Source of the DNA: Takakia lepidozioides
Lineage: Eukaryota > Plantae > Bryophyta
Length of the DNA: 64,000 nt
Reading direction: 5' to 3'
NCBI GenBank assembly: GCA_030704615.1
Contig: CM060733.1
Location: forward strand, 25,730,001-25,794,000
The notes under the pieces were generated by a model. It made no database searches. It worked only from the letters and a program-made list of their open reading frames with translations, and had not been told where the DNA came from. Below are positions 23,710-35,900 of this stretch, in pieces (position 1 is the stretch's first letter; every line of letters begins with the position of its first letter). The translations under genes were made by a program, and so were the position numbers.

Positions 23710-26421
23710 ATGGCTTACCATTCTCAGCTCCTTCCGGCAATGGAGAGGATGTATGCACCTGTTGTTGTGGAGGCAGCTGAAGCAGGTAGGGATGGAGCGC
23801 GGGGGCAGATCCATTCCAGAGAACCAGATTTCCAGCACAACAGTAAAATCAAGGCTTTGTGGATTGATAGCGACAAGAAACCTCTATGGATGGATGGGCA
23901 ACTTGAAGCACAGACAGAACAGTTGCTTGAATCAGACACTTCAACTGTGGCGACTGCTTTTGTAACAGGAGCAAGAGCGGGAATCCACAAGAATTCTTCT
24001 AGCTCTAGTAGGGATGTGAGGGCACTATGTAAGTCAGGACGAGTGAAAGATGCATTGCACATTTTGAATCAAGGGCGCATTTCTGTAGACTGCGGTTCTT
24101 ATGTCTGTCTTTTGCAAGAGTGTATCAAGATGAAAGGCCTAGCAGAGGGAAAGCAGGTTCATGCCCACATAATCCAAAGCGGACTCAAGCCGAACCTCTG
24201 TCTACTTAACACCCTCATTGACATGCATGCCAAGTGCGGGAGTGTTGAAGATGCACGCCTGGTGTTTAACGAAATGCGTGAACGAGATCTGTACTCCTGG
24301 AATATAATGGTGGCAGGATATGCCAAGCACGGGTGTGGAAAGGAGGCTTTAGAAACTTATGAGCAAATGATTCGGGAAGGTGTGACACCTAATAAGATCA
24401 CCTTTGTCTCCATTCTCAAAGCTTGTGCCAGTATGGCGGTCTTGGAAAAGGGCAAAGAGGTCCATGCAGACATCATGAAGGCTGGAATTGTTGCAGATGT
24501 CATTCTGGACACTGCCCTTGTCGACATGTATGCCAAATGTGGGAGCATAAACAATGCAAGTCGAGTGTTTAACAATATGTCCCAGCGAAATGTGGTCTCA
24601 TGGAATGCGATGATAGCAGGATATGCGAAGCATGGGTGTGGTAGTGAGGTTTTGAAAGCCTATGACCAAATGGTACTGGAAGGGATGACACCCAACCACG
24701 GAACATTCGTTTGCATTCTGAAGGCTTGTGCCAGCCTTGCTTTCCTTGAAAAGGGCACAGAGGTCCATACTGATATCCTGAAAGCCAGAATTGCACCAGA
24801 CGTCATTTTGGACACTGCCCTGGTTGACATGTATGCCAAATGCGGGAGTATGAAAGATGCAATTCGAGTGTTTGACAATATGGCACAACGAAATGTGGTT
24901 TCCTGGAACGCAATGATCACAGGGTATGCCCAGAATGGGTGTGGTAGAGAGGCTTTGGAGACATATGAGCAAATGATATGGGGAAGGTTGAGACCCAGCA
25001 ATGTCACATTCATTTGTGTTCTCAAGGCTTGTGCCAGCCTGTCAGCCCTGGAGAAGGGCAGAGAGGTCCATGCTACCATCATCAAAGCTGGAATTGTTCC
25101 AGATATAGTTCTGGAGAATGCCCTGATCAATATGTATTCAAAATGTGGGAGCATGATTGATGCGAATCGTTTGTTTGAAAATATGGTCCAACGCAATGTG
25201 ATCTCATGGACTGCTATAATTGCAGGATATGCCCAGCATGGGTGTGGTAGGGAGGCTCTGGAGGCCTATGGTCGAATGATAAAGGAAAGCGTGATGCCCA
25301 ATCACATTACATTTGTTTGCGTTCTCAATGCTTGTGCCAGCCTGGCAGCACTGGAAAAGGGCAAAGGGGTCCATGCTGACATCATGTACACTGGAATTGT
25401 GCCAGATCTCATTCTGGACGCTGCCCTGTTAAACATGTATGCCAAATGCGGGAGCATAAATGACGCAAATCAGGTATTTCAGAATATGGCTGAACGGGAT
25501 GTGGTCTCATGGAACACAATGATTGCAGCATATTCCCAGCATGGGTGTGGTAGGAAGGCCCTGGATTTACTTAGACAAATGCAACAGGAAGGGTTCAAGC
25601 CAAATGGTATAACCTTTGTATGTGTTCTCTCCGCATGTAGTCATGTGGGCCTTGTGGATGAAGGCAGACACTATTGGGATTCACTGACTCGAGATCATGG
25701 CGTCACTCCTACAGGGGAGCATTTCTGCTGCATGGTGGACATTCTTGGTCGTGCAGGGCACTTACATGAGGCAGAGGACCTCATCAACAAAATGTCAACC
25801 CCTCCGGATGCTGTAGTGTGGAGGGCCTTGCTTGGTGCCTGCAGAATTCATGGCAACGTTGAGGTGGCAGAACGTGCAGCAAAATGCATTCTCAAGTGGG
25901 ATCGACAGGACGGTGCAACTTATGTGCTGCTGTCCAACATCTATGCTGCAGCTGGCATGTGGGACGATACAGCGAAGGTTAGAAAAATGATGAAGGTTAG
26001 AGGTGTGAGAAAGGACCCAGGTTGCAGCTACATTGAGGTTGACAACAGCGTGCATACATTTGTTGTAGATGACAAATCCCATCCCCAAATTGAGGACATC
26101 CATACCAAGTTAAAAAAGTTGTCTAGGCAGATGAAGGAGGCTGGGTATGTGCCTGACACACGGTTTGTATTGCATGACGTGGAGAACCAAAAGGAATTCT
26201 CTCTCTGCCACCACAGTGAGAAGCTGGCCATTGCTTTTGGGCTGATTAGCACATCCCCGGGGACGCCTCTCCGTATTATGAAGAACCTCCGAGTGTGTGG
26301 TGACTGCCACACAGCCACCAAATTTATCTCAAAGATTGTCATGCGAGCAATTGTTGTACGAGATGCCAGCCGTTTTCACCATTTCCAAGAAGGGGCATGT
26401 TCTTGTGGGGATTACTGGTGA
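23710..26421 (+). CDS. PLS-PPR/E/DYW RNA-editing factor (gene 4); 903-aa ORF with the conserved acceptor before 23809
   Basis: Five S1 motifs, intact DYW domain, cag|IHSREPDFQH in frame. No local WWDNR exon found, so the start is uncertain. Confidence 0.9.
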   Translation: MAYHSQLLPAMERMYAPVVVEAAEAGRDGARGQIHSREPDFQHNSKIKALWIDSDKKPLWMDGQLEAQTEQLLESDTSTVATAFVTGARAGIHKNSSSSSRDVRALCKSGRVKDALHILNQGRISVDCGSYVCLLQECIKMKGLAEGKQVHAHIIQSGLKPNLCLLNTLIDMHAKCGSVEDARLVFNEMRERDLYSWNIMVAGYAKHGCGKEALETYEQMIREGVTPNKITFVSILKACASMAVLEKGKEVHADIMKAGIVADVILDTALVDMYAKCGSINNASRVFNNMSQRNVVSWNAMIAGYAKHGCGSEVLKAYDQMVLEGMTPNHGTFVCILKACASLAFLEKGTEVHTDILKARIAPDVILDTALVDMYAKCGSMKDAIRVFDNMAQRNVVSWNAMITGYAQNGCGREALETYEQMIWGRLRPSNVTFICVLKACASLSALEKGREVHATIIKAGIVPDIVLENALINMYSKCGSMIDANRLFENMVQRNVISWTAIIAGYAQHGCGREALEAYGRMIKESVMPNHITFVCVLNACASLAALEKGKGVHADIMYTGIVPDLILDAALLNMYAKCGSINDANQVFQNMAERDVVSWNTMIAAYSQHGCGRKALDLLRQMQQEGFKPNGITFVCVLSACSHVGLVDEGRHYWDSLTRDHGVTPTGEHFCCMVDILGRAGHLHEAEDLINKMSTPPDAVVWRALLGACRIHGNVEVAERAAKCILKWDRQDGATYVLLSNIYAAAGMWDDTAKVRKMMKVRGVRKDPGCSYIEVDNSVHTFVVDDKSHPQIEDIHTKLKKLSRQMKEAGYVPDTRFVLHDVENQKEFSLCHHSEKLAIAFGLISTSPGTPLRIMKNLRVCGDCHTATKFISKIVMRAIVVRDASRFHHFQEGACSCGDYW

Positions 26422-27599
26422 AGCAAGCTGCGTGCCTACAAGACATGTAAAGAATTCTGTTGCCTGAAACATGAGGGTCGGAAGGTGATAAGTGAAAAGA
26501 AAGATCATAACTCTATTCAAAATAGTTGAAGCAATCATCTCTTTCTTTCAATTTGATTTTGAAAATAATGCTTAGCAGCATAGAGGGCCCTCCACAAGCA
26601 GCCCAAAACCAACTATTGCTCAAAGGATTGTCCAAGAGTCAGTGCCTAATAGCTCTCTCTGGTCCTCATTATGAAGTATCATTTCATTTCTGGCGGCCAT
26701 TTGCGGACTCTAAAGTTTACTGGTCTTGCTTGCTTTCCCATACGCTCTGTTGGCTTTTCATGGATGTTATAAAGCTCCTATCTTAATTTTTTGGGGGCAT
26801 TCAGCTCTCTTTTGGTCCCATATGCCCTAAGGGCCTCTCTCAGATTGTAGTTTTCATAGCTGTTCAGACCAAGTGCTTAGGAAGAAACACTGTCATGGTG
26901 ATGCAGTTGTTGAGTACCAAGAGTGGCCACATAGCTGTGGCTGCGGGTGTTATACTGGCATGAGTTCAATCTTTGTCTCTCGGTAATAACTCATCCTTCT
27001 GTGATCTGTAGTCATCTTGAAGAACTATATTGGAGAAAATTTCTGCCAGCATTGCTGATCATTTTATTGCAATTATTGTTCTGGTTATGCATTTAACTGC
27101 CCTTTCTATACGAGATTAGAGTATCGTTGGCATCTTTCAATCGATGTGCTTGTCATGCTTCTATATCTCAGGTCATTTTACGTGGAAGCCTGTCAGTTGG
27201 GCATTAGTGCCCTGCATATGCCTAGGAGACAAGGATGGGCAAAGTTATCCACAATGCTCTGGAGGCCTCCCTTGTGCTCGAAGTAAGTATTCAATCTTCC
27301 CCTCCATGTCTAGTTGCCGTCCCTTGAATACAGCCAGCGTAAAGGGTATGCAGATATAGCACTCTCAACGGCATGTACAGATTGTGAGGCACTGATAGCA
27401 AGAGGTGTGGGCATACATGAAGTGGGGATTATCAGCCGTTACTTCATTCAGCAAGGCACAGCAGAAAAGGGCCTCAGTGCAGAAGTGCAAATGTTCAATC
27501 AGGTTCTATACTCAGACGGGTGTACGTTCTTCGCTGTCCATCTGTTCGATCATTAAATGGAGTACCATAGTTATCAATTCGCTGTAGCAAACTGACTTT

Positions 27600-29000
27600 C
27601 TGTCATGGTTTCCACTGTGAGCAAGTTGGAACTAAGCATGAAAAGCACCACTCCTGTTGTCATTAAAGTGCCCATTTGTCATCCCTAGTTTCCTTCTCCT
27701 AATTTCTGCAGTTATGGAACTTCCACCTCGATAGTTGGGGGTGGCAAAGCAAGTTTCACTCTCTTCTAGGACATGAACAAGTTGGCCACTCTTCCCTGAT
27801 CCTTAGGCAAATGTGTCTGGTGATTCAGCTGACAGTGGTAGAACCAGTGTAATGAATTCCCTTGTTATCTGGGGTTGGACAACAGAAATTCTTTTGGCAA
27901 TAGCAAGGGAGTGTGGCACGGTTGAGACAAGGAGTGTATGCTGGTGTCCTTTGTTAGGTCCAACAGACAGCGGCAGCACATGGGTTCCTTGCTGGGAGAT
28001 TGGCATTGCATTGTTGTTGCCATAACACGTGCCAAGGTAAAAGATAGGTCGTACTATACCAAGTTTTGCTCACTACTGTAAATAGTACCGAGACAGATAA
28101 GACTCTTGACACTGGAGAGGTATAGATTGTGCAAGGTAAACCTTTTTAATTGTCATTCAGCATCAGTTACTTCTTCCTGGTAGTCAAATACCAGTCTTGA
28201 ACTTGTTGGGAACCAATATGTCTGCAGAAAAAGTTGGTGATGATTGACTCTCGGGGAACTTTCTCGACAACACCTTTGCTTGGTCTCCTTGTGAAGCAGG
28301 TGGGAGTTGTACTATGGACACCTTATCCAGTTTTAGCATCTGGGGTCTTCCCTCTTATAGCAATACTACAGATTTAACTTCTTCTCACATGACTTATATA
28401 CCAAGAGTGACTAATATACCTGATAGACAACTGAGGATTGCATGTATTTGATGTACAGGGTCATGGAGTCATGTCCTTAGACCTCAAGTAACTGAAAGCT
28501 TATGAAGTCATGGAGTGGAGGGTCGGTAATGTAAGGGGTTGGCTGCACCAACTGTTTGAAGGAGCGGGTGGGCTGTTGCAGTTGCCTCCACATGCAGTCA
28601 ACTCTCTGTGGAACTTGAAGGGCTGTTCTGGCTGTAATCTGCCAGGGACAAGCTAACAAGCAATTCCCATACCAAATATCCGACTCTCAATTGACACTTT
28701 ACAAATGGCAAACCTGTCCCTAGCTGTCAGTTGGAAGTGCCAGTTTGAATGCTCCTCTGGTCAGAGGTGACCTGTCACAGAATAGTGCACGGCGTAAATG
28801 ACATCCTCCGCCTCACATTCTCATGGTCCCTTATGCTCTGTATGTAAACTACGGCAACAGATCATCCAATCAAGACTTTTGCAAATCAAGCTGGAATGCC
28901 ATAAGATCAATTGAGATTGAGATGGCAATATAGATGCATCCAACAGTGGTGACAGGTATTAGTCAGGACCGGAGGTTGCAACTCCCCTAGGACCAGCTAC
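27600..29000 (-). mobile_element. Possible heavily decayed Ty3/gypsy gag-protease remnant
   Basis: Only weak translated resemblance (e.g. PISQQGTHVLPLSVGP); no intact motif. Confidence 0.25.
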
Positions 29001-29499
29001 ACAATGCTTTGTGGGGAAGGGGTCCTGAATCATTCTTCCTTTTGTCACAGGACATAATTTTTAGAAGAGTAGCTTTTCTGGGATTCTAGCTCACTAAGAA
29101 TTCAAGTTCAAGTGGCCCTGTCTGGGCCCCCCCCCCCATCTTTGATGTATAGCCTTCTGGCTTTCCCCTGGGTTCCGGAGTACAAATTTTAAAGGGCTTG
29201 CCTCCTTTACTTGTAGGGGGGGTTGTGCGGAGGAATTACAAATCAACTTCGAGCATGGTTCCATCTTTGGTTGGGTGTTTGTGCCTCGCCGGTGCATCAC
29301 CTGGTGATCCTTCAATATGTTCTTCTAACTGTCCGTTGTGGGCTATGCGATGAGCAAAGGACAGACAAGCTCTGAAAGGATTATCTTTCAAGTCCCCCCC
29401 CAATTGTGGCAAGGGGGCCAAAGATGAATGCCTGTTATGTCACCTACAGCAAAAGCAAACAATAATATGCATTAGACTCTATGTGTCAGTCACCTCCAT

Positions 29500-29720
29500 T
29501 TTGGGGTGAGGGGGAGGATAATGGCATGTTGTTGTGGAGGCGTGGATGGCAGAACAAGCTAGGGCTACAGTGTGGGTGCAGATCCATCCAAGAGCACCGA
29601 CTCAAGAGAACCACGAGTCGACTGACAAGCTACAGCAAGCCGCCATGAACTGTAAGCAGGGGCAAGCACAGTCTGTCGCACTCGCACTGCCATGACTGCT
29701 TTTAAGAGGACCGTGGTGGG
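29500..29720 (+). pseudogene. Orphan remnant of the PPR intron end and start of exon 2
   Basis: gttgttgtggaggc...gtgtgggtgcag|atccatccaagagcaccgac (IHPRAP) followed by decayed sequence; no PPR repeats follow. Confidence 0.75.
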
Positions 29721-31121
29721 AAGGCCAGCAAACGATGCAGTAAAAGGGTGAAATCCAATCAGTCACAAACGCCTGTGTTGTCTATGCTTGAGCCGGAGTG
29801 GATGCCCTAGAGGATGGCAAAGAGGTCGACGGAACTGAAATGTGCGACAAGTATGCACGAGTGGGTGTACATGAGCAACTCGAGTGTTTGCCAACAGACA
29901 TAGCCCAACGAAACCTCGAGTCCGATTGTCGCAGACTGGGTGCGCTCAGTATCGCTGTGGTAGGCCCATCATAGCAAGGCTGTGGAGACTGGAGACGACA
30001 CAAGGGCGTGGAGATCAAAGAGAAATGATAGTCAAGTGTGACGCCCAGCCTGGCGGTCCCAGAGAAAGGCAAAGATCCACAAGATCCAGCCTTCACTATG
30101 TCTTCATATCCATGCAAACCAGACTGATCCAAGGAGATAAGCCATCATCTAGATCTGTCTTCCAATGATTGACATTGCGTTGCGAACCCCCAGTGTTTTA
30201 CTGTTGTAACCATCCAAGGTTGGCAGTAATAGTCCGATGATGAGTCCTTCGCTTCATAATGATTTTGCGTTGGAAGAGATCTTTATGGTAGGCAACCGAC
30301 TGGCCCCACCAAGATAACTTGGCTTCTCGGTCTGAGGTTGGTGGGCTCGCTTCAAATCTTCATATTCCTCAAAAGCGAGCTCCAACATGGGGTTTCATTA
30401 CACAAAGTGTGTCCCAGTAGCCACTACAGAAAACAACATCAAAGAATATGACCCTAGAGTTTCTAAGCCAGCAACCAGCAAGGACAAGGCAGTGCTGGTT
30501 GGCTGGTGAACCATTTAGAGAGAGGCATTGCCATTACCGACTTCCATCTCTACTAGAAAGTATACCCAAATGCAGGTGCAAATTCGATAAGATTGCAGAG
30601 CCTCATCTGTGACGCATCTTTGCCTCATCTTACAACTTCCACCTTGGACCATGGAGCAAGTGCACCATCTTTACAAGTTTTGACATGACACGGGGGATAT
30701 TTGACTCTAAAAGTGGAACGTGACAGACACAGGTACTGCATAAAACACCGGCTTATGAGACATTTTGGGGGCCGTAATAAAGCTGTTAAAGTGACAGAAT
30801 CATCAAGTGTCTTGCGCTTGCACAAGTGAATTCTTGCCTCAACAGAAACATATGGTTTTCATAGGACCTTACACCTATCACCACACACTTACCCTGTCAT
30901 TGCACACCTGGCCTAGGACTTCCTTTCCTATCCAGCATGCAGGAATTGGAAGAAAGAAGAAGCTCGATAGTATATTGAAAAGGGCCTTTCTAGGCCAATT
31001 TTCCTGAAAGTCCCCTACATTCCTCATCAGAACCATTGAGCATAGCAGAAGCCAGAAAGACTTGATATTTCCCAAACGTCCAGAGCTGCGCACCATTGAT
31101 GGCTCAGAAAAACAAAGACCA

Positions 31122-32219
31122 TCACTCAAATGCCCACTGGTTTTCCCGCCTGACTTCCTCTTCTTCCTCCGGCGTGAAGTCATTCTTGATGTTGAATGTC
31201 TTCCGAATCTCCTCTGGAGTCTTACCTTTAATCATATCAGCGACAGTCTGACACGTCAAGTCGAGAAGGTTTTTGATATTGAGATAGTTTGCTGCCTGTT
31301 CATAGACAACGCCAAACCCTAGTAAGTTCCATACTCGGAGTAATAACACTTACGCTACGCTCATCAAACGCACATTAAGGCTAGGATTAACAATAAGAAG
31401 GACAACACAAAATGGCGGCATGTTCCCTCCCCCGGCCCCTCAAGTAGTGATTGACCAGAGGAGAGCAGGAAAGGGAGAGGCATACTAACTCAGTCCAAAA
31501 CCACCATGAATTCCAAGAAGATTTCCCCTCGACAGTCACTCTGGGGAGCGGAGGTTCCTGGTCAGTCACAGGGTAGCGGAATCTGTAAACATCACAGGAC
31601 GGCTGACCTCACACACAAGCCACAAACACACATGTTCTAGTCCAAACCCGCCTGGTATTCTAGGGGTAAACCTTCGTACACGGTGAAATTCGAAAGTACC
31701 ACAACTTCGATACATAGCAACAAGGAGCCAACACAGAAGCACCGGAAACCCCGTAGAACATCTTAAAGCATCCTTCATCTGCTTATTTAGAAGAATCTCT
31801 TCAGAAGACCATGCACCACTTCCGGGTCATGAACAAAGGTACTCCCGCGGGTATCCGATTCACAGGTCATGTAACGTACGTCCTAAGAAGTGGCTATGTA
31901 GACCCAACAAAAGAGCACTTACCAAGATTAGATCAAATAGAGTTGCCTGATCAACCTTCACGAAGTCTTGATCCCACGCCTTGATGTCATCCTCGGGTGT
32001 GGCTGGCTTGTCATCACCGGCCTGATTGTCCACGTGATACTTGCAATACTCAATGACCTTGGCCAAAATCTTACTGGACACATTCGGCAGAGGGATGGGA
32101 TGATCCATGCCAGTGTCTTCTATCATGTTCTTCACCGCCTGAGACTCAAAGGCCACGGCCTCCTCCACCTCAAACATCTCATCATCCGAACTCTTCAACT
32201 TCACCCTCTTCTCCGCCAT
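31122..32219 (-). CDS. SKP1: SKP1/ASK-like SCF ubiquitin ligase subunit; exons 32219-31923 and 31295-31122, 156 aa
   Basis: VKLKSSD...IPLPNV...[12 protein letters not shown]|AANYLNIK...[11 protein letters not shown], with a GT-AG intron at the conserved position. Confidence 0.97.
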
Positions 32220-32905
32220 CGTAACGCCGCCTCCGCTCTCTGCAACGACCCTTGAGTGCTCTACAGCAACACCCTAGAGCGCGAATTGTGAAGAGGTCTC
32301 GAGGAGGATGAGGCCACAGCTAAGTTAAGAGATGGCGCATCGCACAGCCTCGAGGAAGACGGGAGCTCGGAAGGGATACACTCACCGGCCCGCCCGGTCT
32401 CGCGCCTTTGTCACTTTGCCACCACCACCGGGGATCACCGGTCTGGAGGCGAGCCACCGGGGATCACCGGTGGGTTGGCAATGATCGGTCGACAGCCATC
32501 GGTTGCTAACGACCATTCCTAACGGAGAAGAGACAGAGAGGGGTAACGGAATGCAGCGTGCGAGGCTCGAGCAGAAGCTATGCAGGCAGTGCAGATAGAG
32601 TGCGGTCTCGGAGGCATTGGATCTTCTCTGCCTGCGAAGGATTTTGCTCAGAAGAGTAGATGCGGGAAGGGGATGCAATGGAGAACAGGTAGGGAGGAAG
32701 TTTCTTTCTGGTGTGAGCTTGCACGGTTGCCTTATGGAAGTGGCAGTATGCCATCGCGTGCAGTAATAAAGCATGGCACCCTTAGCCTGCTGCGCATGTT
32801 GTCCAGGCGTCGCAGGCTGCAATTACAAGCCTCCTCGACACAACGTTTCTTGCACGCCTGAAACTTCGCTTAGAGGTTCAAGGAGGTGTAGCCGTTACAT
32901 TCTGT

Positions 32906-35900
32906 ATGGAACACTTGTGCATTCTCCGAACGGCATTGCATCGAGATTCAATCCGTATCAGGTCAATTTCAAGGCAGTGGAGACCAGGGGAGGAATATAT
33001 AGTTTGTGGAGACGGGGACGAGCAAGGAGGCCTTAAACGAAAATATCCTAGGAGCCAAATTACAGACGTGGAGAAGCTTGGGAAGGAGTATTCTTCAGAT
33101 CCCAGTCAATGGTGGGACAAACGAGGCTCTAAGGTGAATGCCCAGCATCTTACAGCAGAAGCAGACAGCAAAGTGCTGATTTTTTTTTTGCAAGTTATCG
33201 GTCGTCTCTCTCGCTTTTCTTTCCGTGGCCTTTCTCCTCCCACACTGACTGGCAGTGCAACCAATCACATTTTCTGCAGTCTTGTGGAGGAGCGCAGGAT
33301 CAACCGCCTGTCTCTAGGATGATGCATTGCAAGCACACAATTACACTCAATTCAACTTGGTGGTTTTGTTCGAGCGTTATGATAATTCCAGACTTTCAGA
33401 AATACCATGAGAGGATAGAGAGGATACCTGTAGGTAGCAAGCCCTTGAGGTGGCATTTCAATGCTCTCTGCCTGTTTTGTAACGTGGAGTGTGAAGGATT
33501 GCAACCACAGGTACAAGAGTTTTATCTCAGTGGAGGACTAGTGTAGACTCGCTGATGTGAACACATGGTCTCTACCATGATGCCAATGCTGGATTTAAAT
33601 CAATGTATAAGCCCTTCTTCCTCAGATTAGTCGGCTGTGCGAGAGCAGCATGACTACAACAAGATGCATCAACTTTGTTACATTTTGTCGCCCTCCCTCC
33701 CCATCCCTCCACGTTTTTTTGGTCTGACCAGCAGTTGAACTTGGGATATTGTGTTTGGTAGGTGGTGGCTGTGTTTGCTATGGAAGATATGGGTTATCGT
33801 TCTCATCTCCTTGGAGAAGAGGATCTAGGCAATTTTTTGTTGTGGAGGCATGGACAGCTGAAGAAGGTAGGGATGGAGTGTGGTGCAGATCCATCCTCGA
33901 GGACCCGACTTCAAGCACAAGAATTCCAATGAGGCAATATGGATTGGTAGCTACACAAAACCTGCATGGGTAGATGGTCAACTGGAAGCAGGGGCAGCGC
34001 GGTTTTCTGAATCAAGCACTTCCACCGTGGCAAGCACTGCTTTTGAAAGAGGATCAAAAAATGGAGTCCACAAGACCTTTACTGGCACTTGTGGAGATGT
34101 GAGGACTCTGTGTAAGGCAGGACGACTAACCGAGGCATTGCGCATTTTGAACCAAGGGGGCATTTCCGCAGATTCCACTACTTATGTCTGTCTCTTGCAG
34201 GAGTGCATCAAGATGAAAGGCCTAGCGGAGGGAAAGCAGGTGCATGCCCACATTATCCAAAGTGGACTCAAGCCGAACATCGTCGTACTCAACACCCTCG
34301 TCAACATGCATGCCAAGTGTGGGAGCATTGAAGATGCACGCCTAGTATTTGACAAAATGTGTGAACGAGATATGTTTACATGGAATATAATGGTGGCAGG
34401 ATATACCAAGCATGGGTTTGGTAGGGAGGCTTTGGAGACCTATGAGCAAATGAGACGGGAAGGGGTGACACCCAACCACGTGACATTTCTTTGTGTTCTC
34501 AAGGCCTGTGCCAGTGTGGCAGCCCTGGAGAAGGGCAAAGAGATCCATGCTGACATTATCAAAGCCAGAATTGTGCCAGATAACATTCTAGGTACTGCCT
34601 TGGTAAACATGTATGCCAAATGCGGGAGCATAAATAATGCGTGGCAAGTGTTTGACAATATGGCTGAACGGGATGTAGTCTCATGGAGTGCGATGATAGC
34701 AGGATATGCCCAGCATGGGTGTGGTAGGGAGGCTTTGGAGACCTATAAGCAAATGGTACGAGAAGGGGTGGCACCTGACCAGGTTACATTTGTGTGTGTT
34801 GTCAATGCCTGTGCAAGCCTGGCAGCCCTGGAGAAGGGCAAACAAGTCCATGCTGACATAATTAAAGCTGGAATTGTTCCAGATATCATTCTGGAGAATA
34901 CCCTTGTCGACATGTATGCCAAATGTGGCAGCCTTGAAGATGCAAGTCAGGTGTTTGGCAATATGGCTAGACGAAATGTGGTCTCATGGAGTGCAATGAT
35001 CACAGGATATGCCCAGAATGGTTGCGGTAAGGAGGCTGTGGAGACCTATGAGCTAATGATACGGGAAAGGGTAATGCCCAACCATGTCACTTTTGTTGGT
35101 GTTCTCAATGCTTGCGCCAGCCTGGCAGCTCTGGAGAAGGGCAAAGAGGTCCATACTGATATCAGGAAGGCTGGAATTGTGCCAGATGTCATTCTCGGCA
35201 CTGCCCTGGTGGACATGTATGCCAAATGTGGTAGCATAAAAGATGCAAATCAAGTGTTCAACAAGATGGCTCAACGAGATGTGGTTTCATGGAACGCAAT
35301 GATCACAGGATATGCTCAGCATGGTTATGGTAGGGAGGCTTTAGAAACCTACAAGGAAATGATATGGGAAGATGTGAATCCCAATCAGATCACATTTGCT
35401 GGGGTTCTCAATGCTTGTGCCAGCCTGGCAGCCTTGGAAAAAGGTATAGAAGTTCATGCTGACATCATGAAGGCCAGAATTGTGCCAAATGTTGTTCTGG
35501 ACACTGCCCTGGTCCACATGTATGCCAAATGCGGGAACATAAAGGATGCCCGACGAGTGTTCGACAATATGGCTCAGCGAAATGTGGTCTCATGGAATGC
35601 AATGATCGCAGGATATGCCCAGCATGGGTGTGGTAGGGAGGCTTTGAACACTCATGAGGGGATGATACAGGAAGGGACAAAACCCAATGAGGTCACCTTT
35701 GTTTGCATTCTTAAAGCTTGTGCCAGCCTGGCAGCCCTGCAGAAGGGCAAACAGGTCCATTCTGAGATCATGAACTCTGGAATTGTGCCAGATGTCATTG
35801 TGGATACTGCCTTGGTTGACATGTATGCCAAATGCGGGAGCATAAATGATGCAAATCGGGTGTTTCATAATATGGCTCAACGAGATGTGGTCTCATGGAA

